NCBI GenBank assembly: GCA_003971905.1
Contig: RSEE01000046.1
Span: 62,001 to 126,000, forward strand
Length of the DNA stretch: 64,000 bases
Direction: 5' to 3'
DNA from: Moniliella sp. 'wahieum'
Lineage: Eukaryota
Shown: one piece after another, positions 27,521 to 40,056 of the stretch
How positions within the stretch are numbered: the first letter of the stretch is position 1
Layout of the letters: every line of letters starts with the position of its first letter
The notes under the pieces: model-generated
What the model was told of the DNA's origin: nothing
The model's input: only the letters and a program-made list of their open reading frames with translations
The model's database searches: none
Position numbers and translations under genes: made by a program

Positions 27521-27702
27521 CTAGCGGTTACCTGACCTAAGGCCATGGATGCACGATCCCGTCAGGCCCCTCGATGAGGCAAAGGGTGTCAACTGACTAA
27601 CGCCGTTTTGCTGCTCCCAACGAGTCTACGAGTGGATGATGGCTTCCGTTTTGGTGGATTGATTCGCTTGTCATGCAGCAAAGTGGGGGCCAAGCCCAGC
27701 CA

Positions 27703-29142
27703 TTAGTAGAGCATGGAACTCATGTCGGCGCGGATGCGGTCGTAGGGGAACAGACCCTCAGTCCGACCAAACGCAGCAATCGCAACATCGCGGTCCCAAA
27801 GGTACTTGAGCGCAGTAGCCTTGATCACAGCCGGAGTCACCTCGTCAATCTTAGCCTTGAGCTGCTCCAGGGAGACACGGTTGCCCGTGCTGGCCAGTTG
27901 GTGACCAATCGACTCGGCCAAGCCGGTGGGAAGACCTTCGTTGAGCGCCAGCGAGACCTTGAGTTGCGCTTTAGCACGCTCCACGTCGATCAAGGTGGGA
28001 GCAATGCTCTGGCGTTGCCATTCCTTGAGGATAAAGTGAGCCGTGTCGTCCAGCCGTTCAATCTGGTCCGACTCGACATAGACACCCCACAGCCCCGTGT
28101 CAGAGAAGGTGGCTGAAGTGGTTGTACGAAATCGCCAACTCGCTCTCAGCAACAGTCGACGACAAGCGGCTCGACAGCAGCGTCGAAGCACCCAGAGAAC
28201 GATCCCAGTTACCCAGGATGGCTTGCAGCACGAGCAAGGGGACATAGTCGGGGCTGTTGTAGCTGGCTCCCTCGACCGCAATCGCAAAGTTGCACGTGGG
28301 GTACGCATCGTCACGGATCCGCACATCCGAGCCCACGAACTTGGTCACGGTAGGCTTGGGCAACAACAGCGGGTCGGAAACGGGGAGAGTAGTGAAGAGC
28401 TTCTTCGCCTCACTCACCAACTCCTCGTGGTTCACAGCGCCCGTGGCAACGAGGGTCGTGTTGTCGGAAACAATGTACTTCTCCTGGAAGAGCTTGAGCT
28501 GGCCCGGGAGCAGCTCCTTGACCGACTCGTCGCCCTCAATGGTCTGGCCAAGAGCCTGCTTCTGGAAGGCAACGGCATACAGATGCTCAAAGACAATGTC
28601 CTTGATTGGCTTGTCGGCCTCCTGCAGCTGGAGCACCTTGGTACGCTCCGCCTCGAACGCAGCTTCACTCAGATCGGGCTTCTGCAGCACATCCGCCAGC
28701 GCCGCAACCGTCTTGGTGGCGTCCTCGCCCAACGTCTTGACATAGAACGCGGTGCACTCACGCGACGTGTATCCATCCAGCTTGTAGCCCAGCTTCTCCA
28801 CCTCAGCCCCCGAAGCTGACAAATGCAAGGTCAGTCGCTCAGTTCGCAGATGGAGCACAGGGCGCAGGCAGCACACATACACTGGAGGGCCACCTGGCTG
28901 AACAAGTTGGCCAGGCCGCTGGCAGTAGGTGCGTCGGTACGGCTGCCAGCGCCGATCCAGGCGCCGACGGTAGCCGTCTTGGCCGCCGGGTTGGCCTCGG
29001 TCGCGATGGTCAGGCCATTGTCGAGGACGCTGATCTTGGTGACCGGAGTGCTGGGCGCGGCAGTGGCAAAGGTGCGGAGGGAAGGCACAGCCACCCGACG
29101 CACAGCAGGCGTGACGCGGGGGAAGAGCATGCGAGCCGACAT
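27703..29142 (-). CDS. Cytochrome bc1 Core 1 / beta-MPP (M16 family) homologue lacking the HxxEH motif; intron 28816-28880; frameshift near 28110
   Basis: Mitochondrial presequence; TKISVLDNGLTIATE, TATVGAWIGAGSR, YTSRECTAFYVK, FVGSDVRIRDD, SDTGLWGVY, VERAKAQLK, KYLWDRDVAIAA, YDRIRADMSSMLY*. Confidence 0.92.
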
Positions 29143-30138
29143 GGAGGACGGACAGACGACGGTCGAGGCAGAGGAGCTGGCCAAGGCAGGTTGGCTCTCG
29201 CCGCCCCTTCTCGGGTCGCCCCGGCACCGCCCAAGCTGGCTGGGCCGCACGGCCACACACTCGCCGTGTGCGGAGTCACCAGCACGCAGGGGGGCGCTCT
29301 GCCCGATTATTAATAACCCTACTCTCTGCCCTCGTTTTAGAAATGAATCGTGATCAAATGCTGGTCACAATGGTGTCCGTTACTGAGCACAAGTTTCAAA
29401 GTGTCAAATTGAAGGTGCAGTTCAATCAGAACCATAACACCTGTGGGAGAGTCGGGGGGAAGACGGGAGAATGCGAGTGGACCGAAAGTATACGCTTCCT
29501 TGGCAGTACACTACTATACTCAAAGATGCAAGGACTCGTTGCTACTAGAGGGGAGGAAGCATCGCTAGGACGGGAACTGAGAGCACTCAAAGGCATGAGG
29601 AATGAGTCCCAGGCTTACGGTACCCTAAGATGGGGGTGGCAACATTAATGACCGCAAAAGATGCTCAAAACGAAAGGATGCTGCGGTATGCTATGCTGAC
29701 TGATGGGGGGGGGACATGGATGACTAACACGTAACTATAAGGATCGAAGCTGCAGTAAGGGAGGTTGAACGTTGATCATAGTTGGGCCCCGGACAATCGA
29801 TAATGTGGATGAACAAGCCATGGCTTGCGCTGAGATGCTGAGGAAGGCTGAGGATCGTCATGCGAGGATCTATGCGCGAGTGGGCGGCAGTTGACTATAA
29901 TGGGTCAGGACCACAGTACTCGTTCTGAGTTGAAATGCCACGGGTAAGCCACTCTGCCTGCATAAGCGCGCGTCCTCCTGTCCTACCTCTTGCGCGGTCG
30001 CACCACCTTTCTATTAGTGGAAGCAGTGAAAGTATGGGGCATACGGCCTCTGCCTCGGTGCCCTAATACTACGGTCGCTGGCCATTGTTGCTCCGGGGGA
30101 GGCGCAAGCAATGTTATGCCGGACCCACCGCACCCGGC

Positions 30139-30149
30139 ATATATATAAG
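30139..30149 (+). promoter_or_regulatory. Putative TATA box of PMP3 gene
   Basis: ATATATATAAG about 115 nt upstream of the ATG at 30264. Confidence 0.5.
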
Positions 30150-30263
30150 TACTCTCATCTGCCGGAAGTAGTTGTCCGTTTTTTGCGTCTTTACCTCCTC
30201 CGCTACCCGTCTACTCTCCACACCGCTACCTTTCCCTTTTATTTTCTTCTCGTTTTCTTTGCC

Positions 30264-30584
30264 ATGGTGCAACTCAACCTACGATTGGGGCATTGTGAGT
30301 CAATCTGAGAGTCTCGTCGAATTCTCTTTTCGTGGGACCTAAGGCCTAATTGGTGAAGTGATGGCCCGTGTACTATGAGGGTGGTGAGCTAACATCATGA
30401 TTTTCCCTTCCTATAAGCTGCTTATCACCCTTGTCATTCCTCCCATTGGTGTGTTTATTCTTACCGAGGGTGTGGCATCGAATTCTGGATCAACGTGATC
30501 CTCACCATATGCGGCTGGTTCCCCGGCATGCTTGAAGGGCTGTGGTGCTTCTACATGCACAACCAAGACAAGCTTCAGGCTTAA
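30264..30584 (+). CDS. PMP3: Pmp3/RCI2 family small hydrophobic stress proteolipid; intron 30295-30417
   Basis: LLITLVIPPIGVFI..CGIEFWINVILTICGWFPGMLEGLW (joined across an indel) matches the Pmp3 signature; GTGAGT..GCTAAC..AAG intron. Confidence 0.88.
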
Positions 30585-31487
30585 CACCTTCGAAAAGATC
30601 TTTATCCTGTTGTGCATGGCTTCATTCTACTTCTAAGAGTGGGGCTATATACATGCACATCGACGGTCGATCTGTTTATTGTGTGTGGCATATGAAGCAC
30701 TACATGATTTGCTTTTCTCAATTTCTCCCCTTGTGGCTTCTGCTTTTATCATTCCCCCTCGTGTTTCACCTGGTGCGACTGTGACCTGCGAAGTGTTGCA
30801 TACGTTAACAGCATATCATGTTCACTGTTTTTCCTCTTTGTGACTGAAGAAGATGATGAACGGTATTTTCATTTTGCTGCTGTTGTACTCAGGCTGAGAA
30901 CTTTTAGGGGGGTAGGCGAGCCACTGTGGGTCACCGGCTCCTTTTGATACAGTGTATGGAGTACGCCCCATTCGTCAGTTCCCAATCGGCACTTAAAATT
31001 GGTGGTGGTCATGTCCGCGCCCACATGTTGGGCGTATAGCAGACAAAAAGACAGGCGCCAGCGCTCGCTCAGCTTGGGCACATCATCATCGACGTTCAAA
31101 CGTTCAACGTTCACTAGCTTCACCATAACCGGCTAACCCAGGGTGGGCACAGGGGCTGTGTCTGGCCACCAGTCACATGACTGGTGGTAACCGGTAACCG
31201 GTAACCGGTAAGCCACCCTGTCACCCTGTCACCCTTCGCGTAGCACCGTGGTCGACCACAGCATTCAATTGTTCAATAGCCACTCCAGTCATCGATCATT
31301 GGTCGCCGGCCACTCGATCACCGTTGAACTAAATGTTCGTCCAACCTTTGCCCTCTCCGCAGCTTCCTACTGGCAGGGACCTCCATCTTTGATCTCACGT
31401 ACAACCCAGGGCCAAGTCCACCATCACGACTGGCACCTCTCTCACCCCCCTTTTATCTTCTTTCTCGTCCCCCCCTCTTTGTTCACT

Positions 31488-31831
31488 ATGACCGATGTGT
31501 GCGAAGGTCTCTGCGCCGGCATCTGGATGTCGTGGTGTGTCAACTGTATGTCTCCCCTTGTCTCTATCGGCCCCAGTAACTGACCCCACCTGGCAGCGAC
31601 GATCGGCAAGACTGGTGCACATGCTGCGATTGCCGTTTTAACTGCTGTTGGGATGGCGGCGACTTGCCCCCCGAAGACGAGGACAGCCAACCTTCCCAGG
31701 ATGCCCCACCGCCCAGGTACACCCCTGCCATCACCCCCGCTACCGATGAACTTGGCGGCCCACTCCCCCGCCCAGAAATGTTCGAGTACTCGCCGACGCC
31801 AGAGATGAAGATGCCTACGCCCTTAACTTGA
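31488..31831 (+). CDS. Small Cys-rich hypothetical protein; intron 31546-31596; one frameshift
   Basis: MTDVCEGLCAGIWMSWCVN|STIGK..WCTCCDCRFNCCW...PPPRY...EMKMPTPLT*; GTATGT..ACTGAC..CAG intron. Confidence 0.6.
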
Positions 31832-32462
31832 GGATGGCCAGATTATTCTGGACACATTTTTACGCCGCTCATTCACAAGATCATTATGTCCTTCTCTTCG
31901 CGCCTCTTATACGCATTGTTTGTCGCGCTGTGCTCCTCCTAATGCGCTACCCTCTGCACCCTGCCTGCTATCCGCTTCTCCCTCGACCAAACTTTATTCA
32001 CTGGTTACCCCCCACCCTTAACCCCTTTTACAATCGTTCGCTTAGGACGTCTCACACGTCCGCGATGGACAGCAGGACCACGATGCCCCCTTGTTACCTT
32101 TTTGAATGGTCGTGTATTTGCGTCTGTCTTGGGTCTCATGCCTTTGAAACTGTACTTGCACCCACATCTTTTAACGTTATGGACAGTGCCAAGTTGACGC
32201 GTATATTTGAAAGGCTCAAGGGAGTGCTGATTGGAGTTCGTCATTCCAAGAGCGAAAAGAAGAGAGTCAAGGGGGGAGGTGATGCTACTGGTTGCCTTCA
32301 CTTTCTCGTCCCCATGAGGGAGAGAGAGGCCGTTGTCCGTATCTCAAAGTGTATACGGGCCAAGAAGAGTGAGTTCAGCGAGGGCAACCTTGATGATTGA
32401 TCTGGGCCTGCCTCGGACACCTTGTGCATTGACATGTGAGCCAGCATATTCCCGCCGAAGTC

Positions 32463-35400
32463 ATGGCTACCGCCAAGTTAGTAAAACCGTCCGAACCACA
32501 GCTTCACGCGCCACGCTCAGCCACGCCGCGCCCGTGGCTGCATGATGTCATCATCCGCTGGCGTAAGCAGCGCGCTCGTCACGTGACCGTTCAGCAGGTC
32601 ACAGACGGGGACAGCTTGAGGCCTGCGGCTCAGGCCTTGAAGCTTGACGCAGCACCGAGGCAGCACGCGCCACCGCCACCACCACCACCATCCCCACCGC
32701 GAGCTGAAGGCAAACGCACCTCGCCACGCTCTCGACGCTTGCCACCAGCGTGTGGTCCTGTCGTGTTCACTAACTGGTCTCGCTATGCCAGCATCATCCC
32801 CGGCTCTTCCGCCGCCGGGGGACGGGGGGGCAGCATCCAGCGTTCACCAGCAAGTTCCTGCAGTCCGAACACCGACGACCGCGACGCCGGTGCTGATGAA
32901 CGACCCGTGCCTGACGCTGTTCTCGTCGAATCCTACTCTTCTGCGTCCACAACTTCCACTCCCGCACCCACCGACGCGCTTGTGCCGCCCCTGCTGCTAA
33001 ACCGAGCAAGGCGGAGCGACTGGACCGCCGCCGAAACCGCGAGCTCGCTGCGCTCGCTTTCTCTAACCCTGGGCGCGGCTTTGCTTCGGCAGCGGAAGAT
33101 GATTCGGCGGATATGTCGACCAGCTCGACTCGTCGCTCTTCTCGCCGCCGCTCCTCAGCCCGCCAGCATGCCCAGCCCGCGCCCGAAGCACCAACTTCGC
33201 TATTCGCCCCCTCACCCTCGTCGCCGGCACTTCCCGCTCCAGTCCCAGCTCTGCCACCCCTCTCCTTCCTTGCGTCCAAATAAACGTCCTCGTATTGTGT
33301 TGGCGCGGCGCACATCCAAGGATGCTGAGCCAAACAGCCTCGCTGTCCCCTCCGCTGTTCCTGGTCAGGACAAGGGCAAGCAGCCGGGCCCAGGATCGAG
33401 AACCCACCGTCCCGCCCCCTGAAAGCATAACCGCTCCTACGGTCAAAGGCCGACGCAAGTCCACCACCTGCGTTACCTGCTCCGCCTCCCGTCGCCGCTC
33501 GGGTCCGGCGCGGCGGGCCAGCGGGCCCAGTACGATGTCCCCCTCCACTTCCCCTTCCCATCTGTGAGCGAGAGTCATCCTCCTTCTCGCAAACGCCCGC
33601 ATATCCAGTCACCACATGATGATGCGTAAGCGCTAGGCCCCTTCCGTCGTCGTCGATCTTGCCTAGCTCGGATGAGGCACAGGCTCTTGCCAGCTGGTAC
33701 CGCGGCCGTCTCGCTCAGCATTATCCCAGCGCCCGATTGGCGCCCCATGAGCCCTGCCCATCTACCCAAGAATATGCAGCGCTCATGGAGGCGCGCGCTA
33801 CTTATGCTCAAGCTGCTGTACTAGGAAGGACTGACAAGCTTACATTCGCTTTCCCTTGACCAGCCTCCAGGGCCTCTTCCACCTCGACCTCCCGAGCCAG
33901 ATGCGGAGACGGTGCAAGCGCGCCTCACCGCTCTGTGGAAGAAAACTTATTTTCTTGAGGAAGATGGACCAGATCTTTCTCAGTCCGATGGAGACCTTGG
34001 CCACGCGGCAAGGCCAAATTCTGGCTAGAATGGATCACCTCCGAAACAAGGCGACTGTTGGTGGTGGACTATCTTTCCGACCCGGATGCTCTACTCACGA
34101 GAAATTTGTCTTCCGATGAGACTGTGGCACCGCTCGCTCTCCCAGTAAATGCACCCGTACCCTCTGTCCACCGAACGCAATGGGCAGTGTTCCCTCTCGA
34201 GATACCAGGATTTTTGCCACCTACCTCCACGCCCTCACCCTCCCGAGCGGCCGTGCCAGGAAAATCGGCTTGGGATATTCTGATCGACGCAGTCCCCACT
34301 CATGCCAAGGCGTTGCGGACGGCAAGGGAGCACGTCTTCGGGGTACACACAAGGTGGCCAAAATGGTTGCCCAGTATTGGGAACGCGTGGCATCCAAAAG
34401 AGAGCGGGAGCGCAAAGCAGAGGAGAGAAGGGTGCGAGCCTTGGCCCGTACCACAAGCCGCGAAGTGGCCAAGCAATGGCGCCTGGCTATCACTGTTGTG
34501 CGCAAGCGCAAAGCCGATCTGGCCCGCGCGCAAGACGAGCAGCGCGACGTGAGCAACTCTCCCAGATCCTCCAGCAAAGTACGCGCATGCTCGAACACGC
34601 CAGCGGGGTATGACTCAAGGGCACGTCTCTGAATTTGAATACGACTCGGTTTCCGATGGTAACAACGATAACGGCATGGAGCTCATTGAGGAAGAGAGAA
34701 GAGGAGGAGGAGGAGGAGGAGGAGGAGGAGGAGGAGGACCTCACCGGCATCTCCATGACGGATGTTTGAAACGCCCGACGCTGATCATCTTTCTGTTGGA
34801 TCCGATATGAGCGACACGGCCGGCCATCACAGCACAGGGATCAGCTTGCTCGCCAACTTATATGCTGACAACTTGCCTAGCCCTACCAGTTTGGCGACCG
34901 AACGAACAGAGGCTGCCAGAGAAGAGAGCGAGGTGGATGCTCACCTGGGTGAAAGCGCTCCTCCTATAAAAGATCATGCGTCTGAACCAGCCCTGGCAAA
35001 AACGATGGATGAAAGCGCCTCGGTCGATGCCCCGCTTCCTTACGATTCTCCCCGTAACAGTGCGGGGAGTGAAGAGGACGTTCATATGGACGACGAAAAT
35101 GCCGATGACGAGACGAGGATGACGACTTATTGGCTACGGCCGACATTCCACTTGAAGAGCTTCTCAAGAACTACCCTGACTACATTCCTGCCGCTGGACC
35201 ATGTGCTACTTCCGAAGCAGGCGTCTTTCTGAAAGTGTTAGGGCGAATGATGCACATCCGGATATGGAAGGGTATCTCCTTCCTCTTGACTCGCCTTTAT
35301 CTCCTCTTTCGGATGTATTCCGAAGAGAGGAAGACCAGGACGCTGAAGCGGACCGTGCGATGATGGAGGAAGACCAAGCTGAGACTGACGACTCGGATGA

Positions 35401-38400
35401 AGATGCGGGCCTACTCGCTGATGCTGATATTCCTATTGATGAGCTTTTGCGGAGGTACCATCGACTGTCCGATGACGAAGATCTCAGCTCTCCTTCGCGT
35501 GTCGATACGCCTGATCAGGTGGAGCCGTCTCTCAGTCAGTCCAACTCGCGGCCAAGCTTGGCTAAACGCTCGCTTGACCCTGGTTCATTCAAGGAGATCA
35601 AGCTTTGGACCGAGAGCCCTAGTGATCTCACAGAAGAGGACGTTAAGACGGACGATCACTTCCACCTGGGCCGGGCCCGCGGGCATAGTGCCTCATCCAC
35701 TAGTGGAGGAAATTGAGGATGACGAACAGTCGGACCCAGCGGCGGACAAGGAGGATGCCCCCCTCTCTTCACACTTGATTTCCCACTCTTCTTCGCGGGA
35801 AGTAGCGGCAGAGGCAGCAAACGGGACCGAACCCCGGATCCGTCCACCATTTCTTCTTCGTGGGACCCTTCGCCCCTATCAGCAAGCTGGCCTAGAGTGG
35901 CTGGCCGATTTGTATTCCAACGGCATGAACGGCATTCTTGCTGACGAAATGGTACGTCCCCGACTTGCACTTGATCAGCTGTGGTACTGACTTTATTCTA
36001 TCCCAAGGGACTTGGTAAGACGATTCAAACCATTGCCCTCCTGGCTCACTTGGCGTGCGATCGAGGCATCTGGGGCCCGCACTTGGTCATCGCCCAACGA
36101 GCGTCATGCTCAACTGGGAGATGGAGTTCAAGAAGTTTCCCGGGTTTAAGATCCTCTCATATTACGGAAATCAGCGGGAGCGCAAGGAGAAGCGTATTGG
36201 CTGGCATAAGGAGAATTCGTTCAACGTATATTACGAGCTACCAACTCGTCCTTGCCGATCAGCACATTTTCCGTCGCAAAGCGTGGATGTACCTTATCTT
36301 AGATGAGGCGCATCACATCAAGAATTTTCGTGCCAAGCGCTGGCAAACCTTGCTTGGCTTCCACTCTCAGCGTCGTTTGCTTTCACCGGAACCCCTCTCC
36401 AGAACAACCTGATGGACTATGGAGTTTGATGTTACTTCCTTATGCCCCACGGGATTGATGATGTGGCTGGCGGGGGCGCGTTGCCAGCATCAAGGACTTC
36501 CAAGATTGGTTTGCCAAACCCGCTGGACAAGGCGATCCAGAGTGGCGACGGCATGGATGCCCAGACGCGCGACATGGTCAGCAAGCTGCATACCGTGTTA
36601 CGTCCCTTCATTTTGCGGCGTCTCAAATCCGAGGTGGAGCGAGAACTGCCGCACAAGTATGAGCATGTGATCACCTGTCGCCTTTCCAAGCGGCAGCGGT
36701 TCCTCTACAACGATTTCATGTCGCGTGCGGCCACGCGCCAGTCGCTTGCGTCGGGCAACTATCTATCGATCATCAACTGCCTTATGCAGCTGCGCAAGGT
36801 GTGCAACCACCCCGACTTATTCGAGGTCCGTCCCATTGTCACCCTTTGCTATGGACCGGGCCGTGGCGGCCGATACGAGATCAAAAACTTGCTCGTTCGC
36901 CGCTCTCTTGGCCGACAGGACGCCAAGAGCTTGGCCAGCCGGGAGAAAACGTTGGATTTGGGGTTCAACCATCCCCGCGACCATGTGGTGGTAGAGGAGC
37001 TCCGCCGGCTCGACCCTTCTTCGCCACGGAAGATGAGTTGTGCCTCTTTGCCCCCGGCGGTCGTTCCCGACACTTCTTCCATCTCGGCCTATCGTGAGTC
37101 TATGGGAGCGTACAACGAGGCAATGCATGCACAGCGTTGGGCACACCACCATCTCAATGCGATCCGGTGCCAGGCCACGCCACCTTCGTACAGTACCGAG
37201 CTACTTCGTACAGTTCGGGCGTTGGGGGGCGAAACGCAACTGGTGCCCCTGTCGGTGGCGGAGAAGAAACGTACGACATATCTGGATCGTTGTGATGCGG
37301 TATCAGAGCTATCCAGCCTTACGAGGGACGGATGCGGCAGGGGGAAGACCTGATCGACCGGTTTGCCTTTGTGACGCCGGCAGTGTATGCGCCTGGGATG
37401 GCCCAGCTGGCTTTGCCTGGCGTGGAACCATTAGCATACCCTGAGCTGCGCGAGCATGATCGGGACATCTTCCACAACGCCGCCGCCAAACTCCAAGTTG
37501 CGTTCCCTGATGCGTCCTTGTTGCAGTACGACTGTGGTAAACTGCAGCAGTTGGATCGTTTGATGCGACGCCTCAAGGATGGTGGGCACCGGATCTGATC
37601 TTTACCCAGATGACCAAGGTCTTGGACATTCTCGAATCTTTCCTCAGTTTCCATGGCTACCGCTACCTGCGCCTCGATGGGGCGACCAAGGTGGAAGACC
37701 GGCAATTGCTGACGGAGCGCTTTAACCGCGACCCGCGCATCACTGCCTTTATCCTCTCGACGCGTTCCGGGGGGTTGGGGATCAACCTGACAGGCGCTGA
37801 CACCGTTCTCTTCTATGACCTGGACTGGAACGCGGCCATTGAGCAGCAGTGCATGGACCGCCCACCGGGATTGGTCAGACGCGCGATGTGCACATCTACC
37901 GCTTTGTCTCCGAGCACACGATCGAGGAGAACATGCTCAAGAAGGCCAACCAAAAACGATTGCTGGACAATATGGTGATCCAACAGGGCGAGTTTAGTAC
38001 CGAATCCCTCCTCCGTTCCGACTGGCGCGACATGCTCGACGAGGGCGGACGCACCCTCGCGGGTGTCACATTGGCGATGAGGACACCGAGTCGGGCCGCG
38101 ATGTGGAGCGGGCAATGATGGCGGCCGAAGACGAGGAGGACCGTGCGGGGCCCAGGCGGTGCGGCAGGAGATGATGGTGGACCAATCCGACTGGGGCGCC
38201 GACGCGCCGCCCGGGGAGGCGGGTGGCACAGGTGCGGGTCGAGTGGGAGGACGCGCTGGGGGCGGGACGGGGTTAGAGAATGGTGCCGTGGAGGAGGAGA
38301 GGAGGAGGAGGAGGAGGAGGAAGATGAGGGGATGAGGAAGAGGCGAAGAGGAGGAGGAGGATGAAGAGGAGGAGGAAGATGAGGGGGATGAGGAAGAGGA

Positions 38401-38488
38401 TGATGAAGAGGAGGAGGACGAGGGTACGGTGGACGACTACATGCTGCGCTGGGTCGAGGCGGACTGGGCCTTCTTTTCTAATCTATGA
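32463..38488 (+). CDS. SWR1: SWR1 chromatin-remodelling ATPase (H2A.Z exchange; SNF2 family); intron 35952-36007; many frameshifts; start approximate
   Basis: HSA-like region (KERKAEERRVRALARTTSREV-type, ~34330-34560); LLRGTLRPYQQAGLEWLA; NGILADEM|GLGKTIQTIALLAHLAC; YLILDEAHHIKNF; LSKRQRFLY; LMQLRKVCNHPDLFE; FPDASLLQYDCGKLQ; FILSTRSGGLGINLTGADTV; C-terminal GTVDDYMLRW. Confidence 0.95.
34701..34738 (+). repeat. (GAG)n microsatellite (poly-Glu) inside SWR1
   Basis: About 12 GAG/GGA units. Confidence 0.9.
38290..38420 (+). repeat. Acidic GAG/GAT low-complexity tract with a short internal duplication at the SWR1 C-terminus
   Basis: gaggaggaggaagatgagggg(g)atgaggaagagg occurs twice. Confidence 0.8.
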
Positions 38489-38725
38489 GTGGGGTCGTGT
38501 CTGTCGGTGGATCGCCCGTGTCTCGCCATTAACGTTTAACCAGCCGCACAGCAGAAACACAGCGCCGAGCACTAGGGTTTACATGTCGGCAGTAGGGTTA
38601 TGCGCCTCCTGGGCCTGCAGGGCCGAGGTGAGAGGAGAGAGGAGTGGTCCGCCTCGCCGGCCACCGCTCGATCGTCGACAGCCATCTGGGCGCCGCCTCC
38701 AACGGCATTCTCCGCCAGGTGCTCC

Positions 38726-39842
38726 ATGTCCCCCACGGCTGTGCGCCACCCGCGCCCGTTTGCGCCCCCCCCGCAGACGCTGGTGGCTGACGCGCTGCCG
38801 CCCTGGCCTTCGTCCCTCGCCGGCCTGCGTGCCGCTGCCGAGCATGCCCAGGTCCCCGTCGTCGACTTGGTGCGGGCGCTCGTTGTCCACCAGGGCATCC
38901 CGCCCGGCTGTCCCTCTGAGCTCGCCCCCACCGGTAACACCTCGTCCCAGCCCGAGACCACTTGGCGCAGCGTGGCGTGGAAGCTGCTGTTGCTGCCCGC
39001 TCCAAGCGGCACGGCTGACACGTCGCCCATGTCAGCCCAAGCGTACACCGATCTCGTTCGCCGCGCAGCTTCGCGCGAAGCGCAGCAAATCTCCAACGAT
39101 GCCTTTCGTACCTTGGCGACAGATCCGGCGTTTCGTGCCCGTGTATCGGATGCTCAACTAGTGCGGTTGCTCAACGCCTACGTATGGAAGCAAGACTTAC
39201 GCTCCTCCCCTGCCTCAGAAGCTGCTACGCTCCTCCTCCGCCAGCCCTCCCGGAAATTCACCGGCTGGTCCGAGCACAGCCATCAACCAAGCGCCAGTGT
39301 ACATGCAGGGGATGAATGTACTTTGTGCACCCTTTCTCTATGCTCTGCCTTGGGAGTTGGAAGCATTTGCCTGCTTCTCCGCCCTGATCGAATACCATTG
39401 TCCGACGTATGTGCTGCCCACCTTGGCGGGAGTGCATCAAGGCGTCCAAATCCTCGACCTTTGCCTGGCCCATGTCGACAAGGAGCTGAGCGACCATCTG
39501 GCTGCGAACGGGCTCAATGCACAGCTCTCCTTCGCATCTGTCTTGACGCTGGGCGCTTCGCAGCCCCCGCTAGCCGAAGTGCTCAAGTTGTGGGACTTTT
39601 TTTGGGCGCGGGGGGTGCACATGAACCTGCTGTGCATTCTCGCCCAAGTCAGGTTCCTCCGGACCAAGCTCTTGGCCACCTCACGACCTATGGATCTGCT
39701 CCGCTCCCTCCCGCCTCTCGATGCCAAAGCGGTGATTGTGGAAGCACTCGCATTGGAACAACGACTTTCCCCCGACTTGCTCGCCTTGATCCAGGCCCAT
39801 ACCCTCCAGTACCCCGTCAAGCTTCCCAACCCACTGCCGTGA
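38726..39842 (+). CDS. BUB2: Bub2/Cdc16 TBC-domain GAP (mitotic exit/septation network); frameshift near 39270
   Basis: WRSVAWKLLL, QISNDAFRTLATD..F..RV...LVRLLNAYVW, YMQGMNVLCAPFLY, CPTYVLPTLAGVHQG, FASVLTL..QPPLAEVLKLWDF. Confidence 0.92.
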
Positions 39843-40056
39843 GTTACAATACCCAGCTACGCTCCCGCTTGAAGCCATTTTCGTTACAGCTACATACATC
39901 GATCCTGATCATCGGTAGATGTTTCGCATGCCTCCCACCGGGAGATTCAATGCATAAGGGGTGGAAAGAAGAAAGGGGCTCAGATCAGAGCTGCGGTGCC
40001 GGTTCGGATTCACCTGGGAGAGAAAACGGGTGTTACACACATCCCGTTCGGTTGGT

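Noticed and set aside
27673..28819. Long plus-strand ORFs (147 and 240 aa)
   Set aside because: Antisense shadows of the Core1/beta-MPP homologue.
30850..30900. ATGATGA ... CTGA resembling a C/D-box snoRNA
   Set aside because: Boxes only about 35 nt apart, with no terminal stem or recognisable rRNA guide.
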